NCBI GenBank assembly: GCA_963748215.1
Contig: CAVVHS010000008.1
Span: 192,001 to 256,000 of the forward strand
DNA length: 64,000 bases
Origin: an uncultured Gammaproteobacteria bacterium
GTDB lineage: Bacteria > Pseudomonadota > Gammaproteobacteria > UBA9214
Direction of reading: 5' to 3'
The position numbers were made by a program, and so were the translations under genes. Positions 56,263 to 64,000 of this stretch are shown here, piece after piece. The notes under the pieces were generated by a model. The model did not search any database. It had not been told where the DNA came from and saw nothing but the letters and a program-made list of their open reading frames with translations. Numbering within the stretch: position 1 is the stretch's first letter; each line of letters starts with the position of its first letter.

Positions 56263-56994
56263 TCAGCTCATGTACTGGCCGCCGTTCACCGGGATATTGG
56301 CCCCCGTGATAAAGCCCGCATCCTCGGCCGCCAGGAATACCACCACACGCGCGATGTCTGCCGGCTGCCCGAGCCTGGCCACCGGGATCTGCGCAATAAT
56401 CTGCTTGCGGACCTCCTCGGGCACGGCATTGACCATGGGCGAATCGATATAACCCGGCGAGATGGTATTGGCGGTCACACCCTTGCGTGCCCCTTCCTGA
56501 GCCAGCGACATGGTGAAGCCGTGCATGCCCGCCTTGGACGCGGCGTAGTTGGCCTGGCCGAACTGGCCCTTCTGGCCATTGATGGAGGAGATGCTGATGA
56601 CGCGACCGAACCCGCGCTCCAGCATGCCCTCGATGACATTGCGCGTGGCGTTGAAAACACTGTCGAGGTTCGACTGGATGACCGCGTGCCACTGCTCGGG
56701 CGTCATCTTGCGCAGCGAGGCGTCACGGGTGATGCCGGCGACATTGACCAGGATATCGACCGGTCCGGCCTGCGCCACGGCCGCCTGCGTGGAATCGAAG
56801 TCGGACAGATCACAGGACACGATACCGATGTCATAACCCGCGCCCTTTTGCCCGGCCTGCCACTCACCGGCGCGGTCGGTTTCGGCCGGCAGGCAGGTCG
56901 CCACGACCCGGTGCCCGGCCTGGCAAAGCTGCCGGCAGATTTCCGTACCGATGGTGCCGGTACCCCCTGTAACCAGTGCTGTCTTCTGTGCCAT
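56263..56994 (-). CDS. phaB: Acetoacetyl-CoA reductase
   Basis: SDR fold, SSINGQKGQFGQANYAASKAG. Confidence 0.92.
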   Translation of the reverse strand: MAQKTALVTGGTGTIGTEICRQLCQAGHRVVATCLPAETDRAGEWQAGQKGAGYDIGIVSCDLSDFDSTQAAVAQAGPVDILVNVAGITRDASLRKMTPEQWHAVIQSNLDSVFNATRNVIEGMLERGFGRVISISSINGQKGQFGQANYAASKAGMHGFTMSLAQEGARKGVTANTISPGYIDSPMVNAVPEEVRKQIIAQIPVARLGQPADIARVVVFLAAEDAGFITGANIPVNGGQYMS

Positions 56995-57098
56995 TGATAG
57001 TCTCCAAGTTTGATCGCGTGTTTATTGCGCAGGTTGCAGGCGCACCGTGAGCAGCGCTATCGACCGTGGCCTGCGATCCGTCCTTAGCTTAAATGCCG

Positions 57099-58280
57099 CT
57101 AGCGTTCCACTGCCGTGGCGACGCCCTGCCCGCCGCCGATGCACAGCGTCGCCAGGCCCTTGTGCAGGTCGCGCCTGCGCATCTCGTGCAGGAGCGTCAC
57201 CAGGATGCGGGCGCCCGAAGCGCCAATCGGATGTCCGAGCGCGATCGCACCACCGTTGACGTTCACCCGGGCGGTGTCCCAGCCGAGATCGCGATTGACG
57301 GCGATGGCCTGCGCGGCGAAGGCCTCGTTGGCCTCGATCAGCTCGAGATCCCCGATCTGCCAGCCGGCCCTGGCCAGGCAGCGCCGGGTCGCGGGCACCG
57401 GTCCGGTACCCATGATGGCCGGGTCGACACCGGCATTGCCGTAGCCCGCGATACGCGCCAGGGGTTCGAGACCCAGTTCCTGCGCGCGACGCGCCGAGGC
57501 GATAAGCAGGGCCGCCGCCCCGTCATTGATACCCGAGGCATTGCCGGGCGTGACCGTGCCGTGCTCGGTCCTGAAGGCGGGGCGCAGCCGGGCCAGGCTT
57601 TCACCGGTGGTCCCGTGCCGCGGAAACTCGTCCACGTCAAAGACCAGCGGTTCCTGCTTGCGGCGCGGGATCTCGACCGGCACGATCTCGTCCGCGAAGC
57701 GGCCGGCCTTCTGCGCGGCCTCCGCCTTCTGCTGGGATGCCGCGGCGAAGTCATCCTGTTCCTCGCGGCTGATACCGTAGCGGTCGACCAGGTTCTCGGC
57801 GGTGCAACCCATGTGATAGTCGTTGAAGATGTCCCACAGGCCGTCCTGGATCATGCTGTCGACCAGCGGCCACTCGCCCATGCGCATGCCGGTACGCGAT
57901 CCGCGCAGGATGTGCGGTGCCAGGTTCATGTTTTCCTGACCCCCGGCCACGATCAGGTCCGCATCACCGCAGCGGATGGCCTGCACCGCCATGTGCACTG
58001 CCTTCATGCCGCTGCCGCAGACCTTGTTCACGGTCAGCGCCGGAACCTCGACCGGCAGACCGGCCTCGATCGCGGCCTGGCGGGCCGGATTCTGGCCGAC
58101 ACCGGCGGTCAGAACCTGGCCCAGGATGACCTCGTTCACCTGTCCAGGTTCCAGGCCATTACGCTCCAGCAGGGCCCGGATCACCCGGGCACCCAGCGAG
58201 CTGGCCGCTACCGTCGCCAGATTACCCTCGAATTTGCCGATTGCGGTCCGTGCCGCATCGATGATGACTATGTCTTCCAT
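57099..58280 (-). CDS. phaA: Acetyl-CoA acetyltransferase (thiolase)
   Basis: [25 protein letters not shown]. Confidence 0.92.
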   Translation of the reverse strand: MEDIVIIDAARTAIGKFEGNLATVAASSLGARVIRALLERNGLEPGQVNEVILGQVLTAGVGQNPARQAAIEAGLPVEVPALTVNKVCGSGMKAVHMAVQAIRCGDADLIVAGGQENMNLAPHILRGSRTGMRMGEWPLVDSMIQDGLWDIFNDYHMGCTAENLVDRYGISREEQDDFAAASQQKAEAAQKAGRFADEIVPVEIPRRKQEPLVFDVDEFPRHGTTGESLARLRPAFRTEHGTVTPGNASGINDGAAALLIASARRAQELGLEPLARIAGYGNAGVDPAIMGTGPVPATRRCLARAGWQIGDLELIEANEAFAAQAIAVNRDLGWDTARVNVNGGAIALGHPIGASGARILVTLLHEMRRRDLHKGLATLCIGGGQGVATAVER

Positions 58281-58464
58281 TGGACGGTTCTCCCCCGAAA
58301 TCGCGGAATTCCACTCGCGCCGCGTATGCGACGATTGCCGGTACAACACAACGCTTCTGTCAGTTACCTGCCCCGCGCAAGCGGACAGGCCCGGGCACGG
58401 TCAGGGAACGGGGCGGCACAATATCATGCCGTCCCACCCTGCCTGTGACCGGCAGTCACAGGCG

Positions 58465-58830
58465 CTACTTGGACTTTTTGGCCTTTTCAGCCTGTCCGCC
58501 GCTCGCCTTCATGGTTGCGTCTTCCGCCCAACTGGCGACCGCCTGCTGCGCCTCGGTGGCGATGCGGGCGAATTCCTGGGCCCGGTTGAGCAGGCGCTCT
58601 CCGAATTCGGATACCAGTTGACCCTGCTCGGCCAGGACATCCTCCGGCTTTTCCGCCTTGCCGAGGACCGACGCCTGCCGCGTGCCCAGTTCGAGATAAT
58701 CACGGGCAACATCCAGCTGCTGGCGCGCCACCCGCTCCATCGCCGTGACCGTGATTTCATTCAGTTTCATCATGGGCTCGACAGTACTCTTGGTCAGTTT
58801 CACCCATTCATCAAAGACTTCGGAATTCAT
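58465..58830 (-). CDS. phaP: Phasin
   Basis: 121 aa helical protein with a GGAG RBS, inside the PHA cluster. Confidence 0.8.
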   Translation of the reverse strand: MNSEVFDEWVKLTKSTVEPMMKLNEITVTAMERVARQQLDVARDYLELGTRQASVLGKAEKPEDVLAEQGQLVSEFGERLLNRAQEFARIATEAQQAVASWAEDATMKASGGQAEKAKKSK

Positions 58831-58889
58831 GTTTGCATCTCCCATCGGGTTGATAATACCGGCCTCTTGGCAGCCGGCCTGCCTGATCT

Positions 58890-59062
58890 TGCTGCATTGC
58901 AGCATAGTTGCTGCCGGACTGACTGTCAAGCCAAACAGAAGCCTTCCCTGCGATATTTTTTATATATATGATTTTAATGAGTAATAATTAGCATCTTCTG
59001 CCATATGGCGCCGCACCCCGGCCCGCCCGGGTGAACCGGTGAATTTATGTTGCATTGCAATA
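58890..59062. promoter_or_regulatory. Putative PhaR operators in the divergent phaP/phaE intergenic region
   Basis: TGCTGCATTGCAGCA (58890-58904) and TGTTGCATTGCAATA (59048-59062). Confidence 0.6.
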
Positions 59063-59110
59063 TACATCCGCTATACTATGGTTAATACCAGTGAGCGGGA
59101 GGAACCCCAG

Positions 59111-60223
59111 ATGGCAGGTTTTGCGGACACATCGAATGCCTGGAGCCAGGCGTGGCTGGATATGCAGAAGCAGTATATGGATACCTGGATGAAATTCTCA
59201 CCCCAGGGCACCCCGGGCAGCTTCATGACATCCCCGTTCGCCGCGGCCGGCCCCAACCCGTGGACGGACGCGTTTGAACAATGGTCGAAGCTGTTTTCGC
59301 AGGGCATGCCCGCCAACGCCAGGGATGTCAGCTCGCGCCTGTTCGACCTCGGCAAGGGCTACCTGGACATGAGCGAACGCTTCTGGCAGGTCATGCAGCA
59401 GGGCAAGGACAGCCCGGTGTCGGCAACGGACTGGCAGAGCATGATGCAAAAGACCTTCGAGCAGGCCGGCAAGGGCTTCAACTTCCCCGGCGGCGCCACC
59501 GATCCCTGGTCGGGTTTCGCGACCCTCTGGGGCCTGCCGCTCAGTAACTGGCAGCGCATGGCCACCTCGTTTTCGCCCTTTCCGGGCGAGATGGAAAAGG
59601 CCCTGCGCGCTGACCATATTCCGGAACCCAGCGATATGACACGTGCGGTCCGGCATACCCTCTCCCTGCCAGCGATCGGCTACACGCGCGAGTGGCAGGA
59701 ACAGCAGCAGGAGTGGACCCGGCTGCTCATGGACTATCACCACACCATGCACGCCTTTGGCGGACTGCTGGGCAAGGTCGTGCAGCGCGCGCTGGAACTG
59801 TTTGGCAAGCGCATGACGGAAAAGCTCGGTGCCGGGGAATCCTTCGATGGCCTGCGCGCCATCTACAATCTCTGGATCGATTGCGGCGAGGACGCATATG
59901 CCGAGCTGGTCGCGACCGCGGACTTCCCGCATCTGCAGGCCGAAATGGTCAATGCCCTGATGCGCATGAAACGTCATGAACAGCTCATGCTCGAGGAAGT
60001 CATGACGGCGCTGAACATACCGACGCGCAGGGAGATGGATACCACCCACAAGCGGGTATACGACCTGCAGCAGCAGGTGTGTCATTTGCAGGATGCCCTG
60101 GAGGATGCCGCAAACGTCAGGAAGGCGCCGCCGAAAGCCCGCAAGACCGCAACGAAAAAGTCCACCACGAAAAAATCCGGCACGGCCGCGCGCCGCGCCC
60201 GACCCAAAACCAGGAAGGAATAA
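59111..60223 (+). CDS. phaE: Class III PHA synthase subunit E
   Basis: GYTREWQE, YNLWIDCGEDAY, PTRREMD and a Lys-rich tail. Confidence 0.92.
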   Translation: MAGFADTSNAWSQAWLDMQKQYMDTWMKFSPQGTPGSFMTSPFAAAGPNPWTDAFEQWSKLFSQGMPANARDVSSRLFDLGKGYLDMSERFWQVMQQGKDSPVSATDWQSMMQKTFEQAGKGFNFPGGATDPWSGFATLWGLPLSNWQRMATSFSPFPGEMEKALRADHIPEPSDMTRAVRHTLSLPAIGYTREWQEQQQEWTRLLMDYHHTMHAFGGLLGKVVQRALELFGKRMTEKLGAGESFDGLRAIYNLWIDCGEDAYAELVATADFPHLQAEMVNALMRMKRHEQLMLEEVMTALNIPTRREMDTTHKRVYDLQQQVCHLQDALEDAANVRKAPPKARKTATKKSTTKKSGTAARRARPKTRKE

Positions 60224-60226
60224 GCG

Positions 60227-61294
60227 ATGATCAATCTGCCGCTGCAACCCGACCAGGTCCTGAAGGAAGCGCTCGATTTCAACAGCAAGCTGACTGCAGG
60301 CCTCACCAACCTGAAGGATATCGGCGAAGTCGATGTCGGCACCGCGCCCAAGGATGCCGTCTACAGCGAGGACAAGCTGGTGCTGTATCACTACAAGGCC
60401 AGCGTCGACAAGCCGGCGAAAACGCCGCTGCTGATCGTCTACGCGCTGGTCAATCGTCCCTACATGACGGACCTGCAGGAAGACCGCTCCATCATCCGCA
60501 ACCTGCTCGATCACGGTGTGGATGTCTATCTGATCGACTGGGGCTATCCGGATGGCGCCGACCGTTTCCTGCAGCTTGATGACTACATCAACCGCTACAT
60601 CAATCACTGTGTGCGCCATATCTGCAAGGCCCATGGCCTGCGTAAAATCAACCTGCTGGGTATCTGCCAGGGGGGTACCTTCAGCCTGTGCTACACCGCC
60701 ATTCATCCCGAGCGCGTTGCCAACCTGGTGACCATGGTAACGCCGGTGGACTTCCACACCCCGAACAACGTGCTCAGCGAATGGGCACGTGGCCTGGATG
60801 TCGACCTGCTCGTCGACACGGTCGGCAACATGCCGGGTGAGCTGCTGAACTGGACCTTCCTGTCGATGAAACCGTTCCGCCTGACCAGCCAGAAGTATGC
60901 GGATCTCGCCGACATCCTGGATGACCCGAAGAAACTGAAAAACTTCATGCGCATGGAAAAGTGGATCTTCGACAGCCCGGACCAGGCCGGCGAGGCATTC
61001 CGCCAGTTCGTACATCTGTTCTACCAGCAGAACCGGCTGGTTACAGGCGACCTGGAGATCGGCGGCCACGCGGTCAGTCTCAAGCAGGTAACCTGCCCGG
61101 TGCTCAACATCTACGCGACCTACGACCACCTCGTGCCGCCGGAATCATCGAAGGCACTCGAGCGGCAGGTAGGCACGCGCGACTACAGCAGCATCGAGTT
61201 CAAGGGCGGCCACATCGGTATCTATGTCAGCGGCAAGGCACAGCACGATATCCCGCCGGCCATCGCAAGCTGGCTGCAGGAACGCAGCGACTGA
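60227..61294 (+). CDS. phaC: Class III PHA synthase subunit C
   Basis: YALVNRPYM, lipase box GICQGG, DHLVPP, GGHIG. Confidence 0.95.
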   Translation: MINLPLQPDQVLKEALDFNSKLTAGLTNLKDIGEVDVGTAPKDAVYSEDKLVLYHYKASVDKPAKTPLLIVYALVNRPYMTDLQEDRSIIRNLLDHGVDVYLIDWGYPDGADRFLQLDDYINRYINHCVRHICKAHGLRKINLLGICQGGTFSLCYTAIHPERVANLVTMVTPVDFHTPNNVLSEWARGLDVDLLVDTVGNMPGELLNWTFLSMKPFRLTSQKYADLADILDDPKKLKNFMRMEKWIFDSPDQAGEAFRQFVHLFYQQNRLVTGDLEIGGHAVSLKQVTCPVLNIYATYDHLVPPESSKALERQVGTRDYSSIEFKGGHIGIYVSGKAQHDIPPAIASWLQERSD

Positions 61295-61321
61295 TTAACC
61301 CGGAATACGGGTGCAGCAGTT

Positions 61322-61369
61322 GCTGGTCGAATGAATTCGGCCCTGCAGGGCCGAATTCATTCGACCAGC
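61322..61369. repeat. REP doublet forming a perfect 48 bp palindrome between convergent genes
   Basis: GCTGGTCGAATGAATTCGGCCCTG-CAGGGCCGAATTCATTCGACCAGC, same family as 3163-3429. Confidence 0.85.
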
Positions 61370-61372
61370 GGG

Positions 61373-62293
61373 CTAGCCCAGCAGGGCGTTGAGGTGTGCG
61401 CCCACGCTGCGGGCCAGCCCCGGCAGCGAGTAGCCGCCCTCCAGCACCGAGATGATCCGTCCGCGGGCATGGCGCGCGGCAAGCTGATGCAGCTCCCGGG
61501 TGATCCAGCCATAATCCTGCTCGGTCAGGTTGAGGTCGGCGACCTCGTCCTGCCAGTGCGCATCGAAACCGGCCGAGACCAGCACCAGTTCGGGCCGGAA
61601 GGCATCCAGTGTCCCCAGCCATTCTTCCCGGATCCGCTCGCGGAAGGCCTGGCTGCCGGTTCCGGCAACCAGCGGTGTCTTGACCTGGTGCGTGCCCGTC
61701 AGGTCAGTAGCGGAGAAGGGATACAACGGATGCTGGAAGGATGAGCAGAACAGAACCCGCACATCGTCCCGGAAGATATCCTCGGTACCGTTGCCGTGAT
61801 GGACATCGAAATCGACGATGGCGATGCGCTGCAGGCCATACCGTGCGAAGGCATGGGCGGCGCCGACCGCGACATTGTTGAAGAAGCAGAAACCCATGGC
61901 CGCGGCCCGCTCGGCATGGTGGCCGGGTGGGCGCACCGCGCAGAAGGCGCTCTCCGCTTCCCCGCCCAGCACCAGGTCGACCGCATATACCACCGCACCG
62001 GCCGCATGACGCGCCGCCTCGAGGGTATGCGGGTTCATCGCCGTGTCCGAATCGAGCCAGTACAAACCGCTGGCCGGTGACAGCGCAAAAATCTCATCCA
62101 CGTAGCGTGGATCATGGATGCGGAGCAGCTGCTCCCGGGTTACCGCCGGCGCATCGTACCGGCAGATGGCAAATTCAAGACCAGTGGCAAGCAACTGGTC
62201 CTCGATGGCCTCCAGCCGTGCCGGCGACTCCGGATGCCCTTCGCCCGTTTCATGCAGCCGGCAGGCGGGATGGGTGATATAGGCGATGGTCAT
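61373..62293 (-). CDS. Zn-dependent histone deacetylase-family protein
   Basis: HPESPARL, RPPGHHA, GFCFFNN, DFDVHHGNGT, SAGFDAH, LEGGY. Confidence 0.92.
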   Translation of the reverse strand: MTIAYITHPACRLHETGEGHPESPARLEAIEDQLLATGLEFAICRYDAPAVTREQLLRIHDPRYVDEIFALSPASGLYWLDSDTAMNPHTLEAARHAAGAVVYAVDLVLGGEAESAFCAVRPPGHHAERAAAMGFCFFNNVAVGAAHAFARYGLQRIAIVDFDVHHGNGTEDIFRDDVRVLFCSSFQHPLYPFSATDLTGTHQVKTPLVAGTGSQAFRERIREEWLGTLDAFRPELVLVSAGFDAHWQDEVADLNLTEQDYGWITRELHQLAARHARGRIISVLEGGYSLPGLARSVGAHLNALLG

Positions 62294-62407
62294 GGTGACT
62301 TATCCAGTGATTCTGGCCGGATTATAAACACTCCGCGCACCGAAGCTATCTGTCCGGATGCAGATTGCAGGGCACAACGGCTGCTTGTCCTGATGGGGCG
62401 CACCATG

Positions 62408-63322
62408 CTAGAACACACCCGCATAGCGCAGGCCGATGACCACCAGCACCAGGCACAGCAGTGCACGCAGGCCGTTTTCAGGCAGGTGCTTGCTCAGTTG
62501 CGGACCGATCAAGGATCCCGCCACAACCCCGATCAACAGGATGCCGAGTAGCGGGTAGTCCAGTGTGACACCCAGGCGCAGGTAGTTTGCGATCGAGGTT
62601 ATCGAGTGAATGGCGATCGCCAGCGCGGAGGTGCCGGCAATAACATACATGGGCAGCCGCATGACGATGCTCATGAACGGCACCAGCAGGAAGCCGCCCC
62701 CGACGCCGAGTGCCGAAGAGAATACCGCGATACCCATGCCGCAGAAAAACGGCAGCCAGGGACTGAAGGCGAAGTCCTCATCGCCGAAGCGAAAATAAAA
62801 GCGGCGCCAGGTTGCCCGTAGATACTTCACGCCCACTTCGCAGGACGCGCCTCCGCCCCTGACATGCTGCGCGTAGGCCTCCGCGGCGCTCATCGTCTTC
62901 GACAGCGCCACTGACGCAGAGTCGGTACGCAGCAATTGCCAGGCGAGTTGCCCGGCGATGAAAAATACCAGCACGGCAAATACCGGCCGAAAGACGTGCA
63001 TGTCGGACAGCAGGCTGACCGACAGGGTGCTGCCCAGCAGCGCACCGAACACGCCACCGGCGCCAAGCAGAAAGGCAAGGCTGTAAACCATGCGGCACTG
63101 ACGCATGTACAGCGGCACGGCAATCAACGGTGTAACCAGCGTCAGCACCTGGGCCATCGGCTTGACCAGGTTCGGATTGCCGATGCCGAACACGGATATC
63201 ATCCCGACCGAGGCAAGAATCCCGCCGGCGGCGCCGACCGTGGAGAAGACAAAGCCCACCAGCCCGCCCCAGGCGAGCAACAACCAGACCGGCACCACGA
63301 CATCGGCTATCTCGAAAAGCAT
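62408..63322 (-). CDS. Sulfite exporter TauE/SafE (TSUP) family
   Basis: GAAGG and GVGGGFLLVP repeats, AGTSA. Confidence 0.85.
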   Translation of the reverse strand: MLFEIADVVVPVWLLLAWGGLVGFVFSTVGAAGGILASVGMISVFGIGNPNLVKPMAQVLTLVTPLIAVPLYMRQCRMVYSLAFLLGAGGVFGALLGSTLSVSLLSDMHVFRPVFAVLVFFIAGQLAWQLLRTDSASVALSKTMSAAEAYAQHVRGGGASCEVGVKYLRATWRRFYFRFGDEDFAFSPWLPFFCGMGIAVFSSALGVGGGFLLVPFMSIVMRLPMYVIAGTSALAIAIHSITSIANYLRLGVTLDYPLLGILLIGVVAGSLIGPQLSKHLPENGLRALLCLVLVVIGLRYAGVF

Positions 63323-63508
63323 CGACTATCCGTAATTTTAGGCAGTTGACAGGTCGCACACGCCGGCACTCGAAACACAGACCCAGCATAGCAACAGTAT
63401 TGCCGGTTGACACACGACTGCGCAGGATATTCGGGATTCTTTTTGCACTCGCGCCGTATCGCGCGTGATAATGCCTTATTCCACCCGCCGGAAGGCACGG
63501 AAGAAGCC

Positions 63509-64000
63509 ATGAACGACGACGACCTGCTCCGCTACAGCCGCCAGATCATGCTGCCGCAGATCGATATCCGCGGCCAGGAAAAACTCCTCGCCACGCGAGC
63601 GCTGGTCATAGGTGCAGGCGGGCTGGGCTCGCCGGCGGCCATGTATCTCGCGGCGGCCGGCATCGGGCAGCTCGCCATCGCCGACCCGGACACGGTCGAG
63701 CTGTCCAACCTGCAACGCCAGCTGCTACACCACGACAGCGACATCGGCCGGCTCAAGGTGGCCTCGGGCAGGGACACGCTGCTTGCCATCAACCCGGGAT
63801 TGCGGGTCACCACGCTGGTCGACCGCCTGCAGGGCGAGCTGCTGGACAACGCGGTATACAACACCGACGTGGTGCTCGATTGCAGCGACAATTTCGATAC
63901 CCGCCACGCCGTCAACGCGAGCTGCGTTTCGCATCATGTTCCGCTGGTATCAGGGGCCGCCGTGCGATTCGCCGGCCAGCTGGCGGTGTTCGACAGCCGG
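63509..64000 (+). CDS. moeB: MoeB/ThiF adenylyltransferase (partial, runs off the window)
   Basis: MNDDDLLRYSRQIML..GAGGLGSPAAMYLAAAG..SNLQRQ..DCSDNF. Confidence 0.88.
   Translation, partial: MNDDDLLRYSRQIMLPQIDIRGQEKLLATRALVIGAGGLGSPAAMYLAAAGIGQLAIADPDTVELSNLQRQLLHHDSDIGRLKVASGRDTLLAINPGLRVTTLVDRLQGELLDNAVYNTDVVLDCSDNFDTRHAVNASCVSHHVPLVSGAAVRFAGQLAVFDSR

Overview
GC-rich gammaproteobacterial chromosome segment, probably from a Chromatiales/Thiogranum-like sulfur oxidiser (inferred from a DsrC/TusE-family gene, class III PHA genes and a TauE transporter). Single-base indels break several genes, including ychF, so many frameshifts are probably long-read assembly errors. From left to right: (1) 0-15 kb is an accessory region with hflKC, a Cys-less DsrC-like gene, REP repeats around a RAYT remnant, a ~8.7 kb cyclic beta-1,2-glucan synthase, an nhaA pseudogene hit by a MITE and a Cys-repeat secreted protein. 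(2) 15-29 kb holds tandem decayed islands integrated at the 3' end of tRNA-Met, with att copies at 15163 and 19791 and an integrase tail at 19585. They carry a Doc-type TA pair, sigma54-promoter nirK with a MetOD1-like sigma54 activator, a spermidine synthase-like fusion, and a ~1340 aa PKD/Ig-domain 9-heme cytochrome c followed by a PPIase and a rhodanese. (3) 29-40 kb is the core block ychF-pth-rplY-prs-tRNA-Gln-ispE-lolB-TPR / hemA-prfA-prmC, with unusual hairpin-interrupted tRNA-Gln fragments. (4) 40.6-49.4 kb is a cassette-like array with decayed attC sites, a family of ~30 bp hairpin motifs, an IS30 and a clade-2 chlorite dismutase. (5) 49.4-64 kb holds dps with an OxyR-like box, a second ftsH, a Pat-type acetyltransferase, a phaR-B-A-P-E-C cluster, a deacetylase, TauE and the start of moeB.
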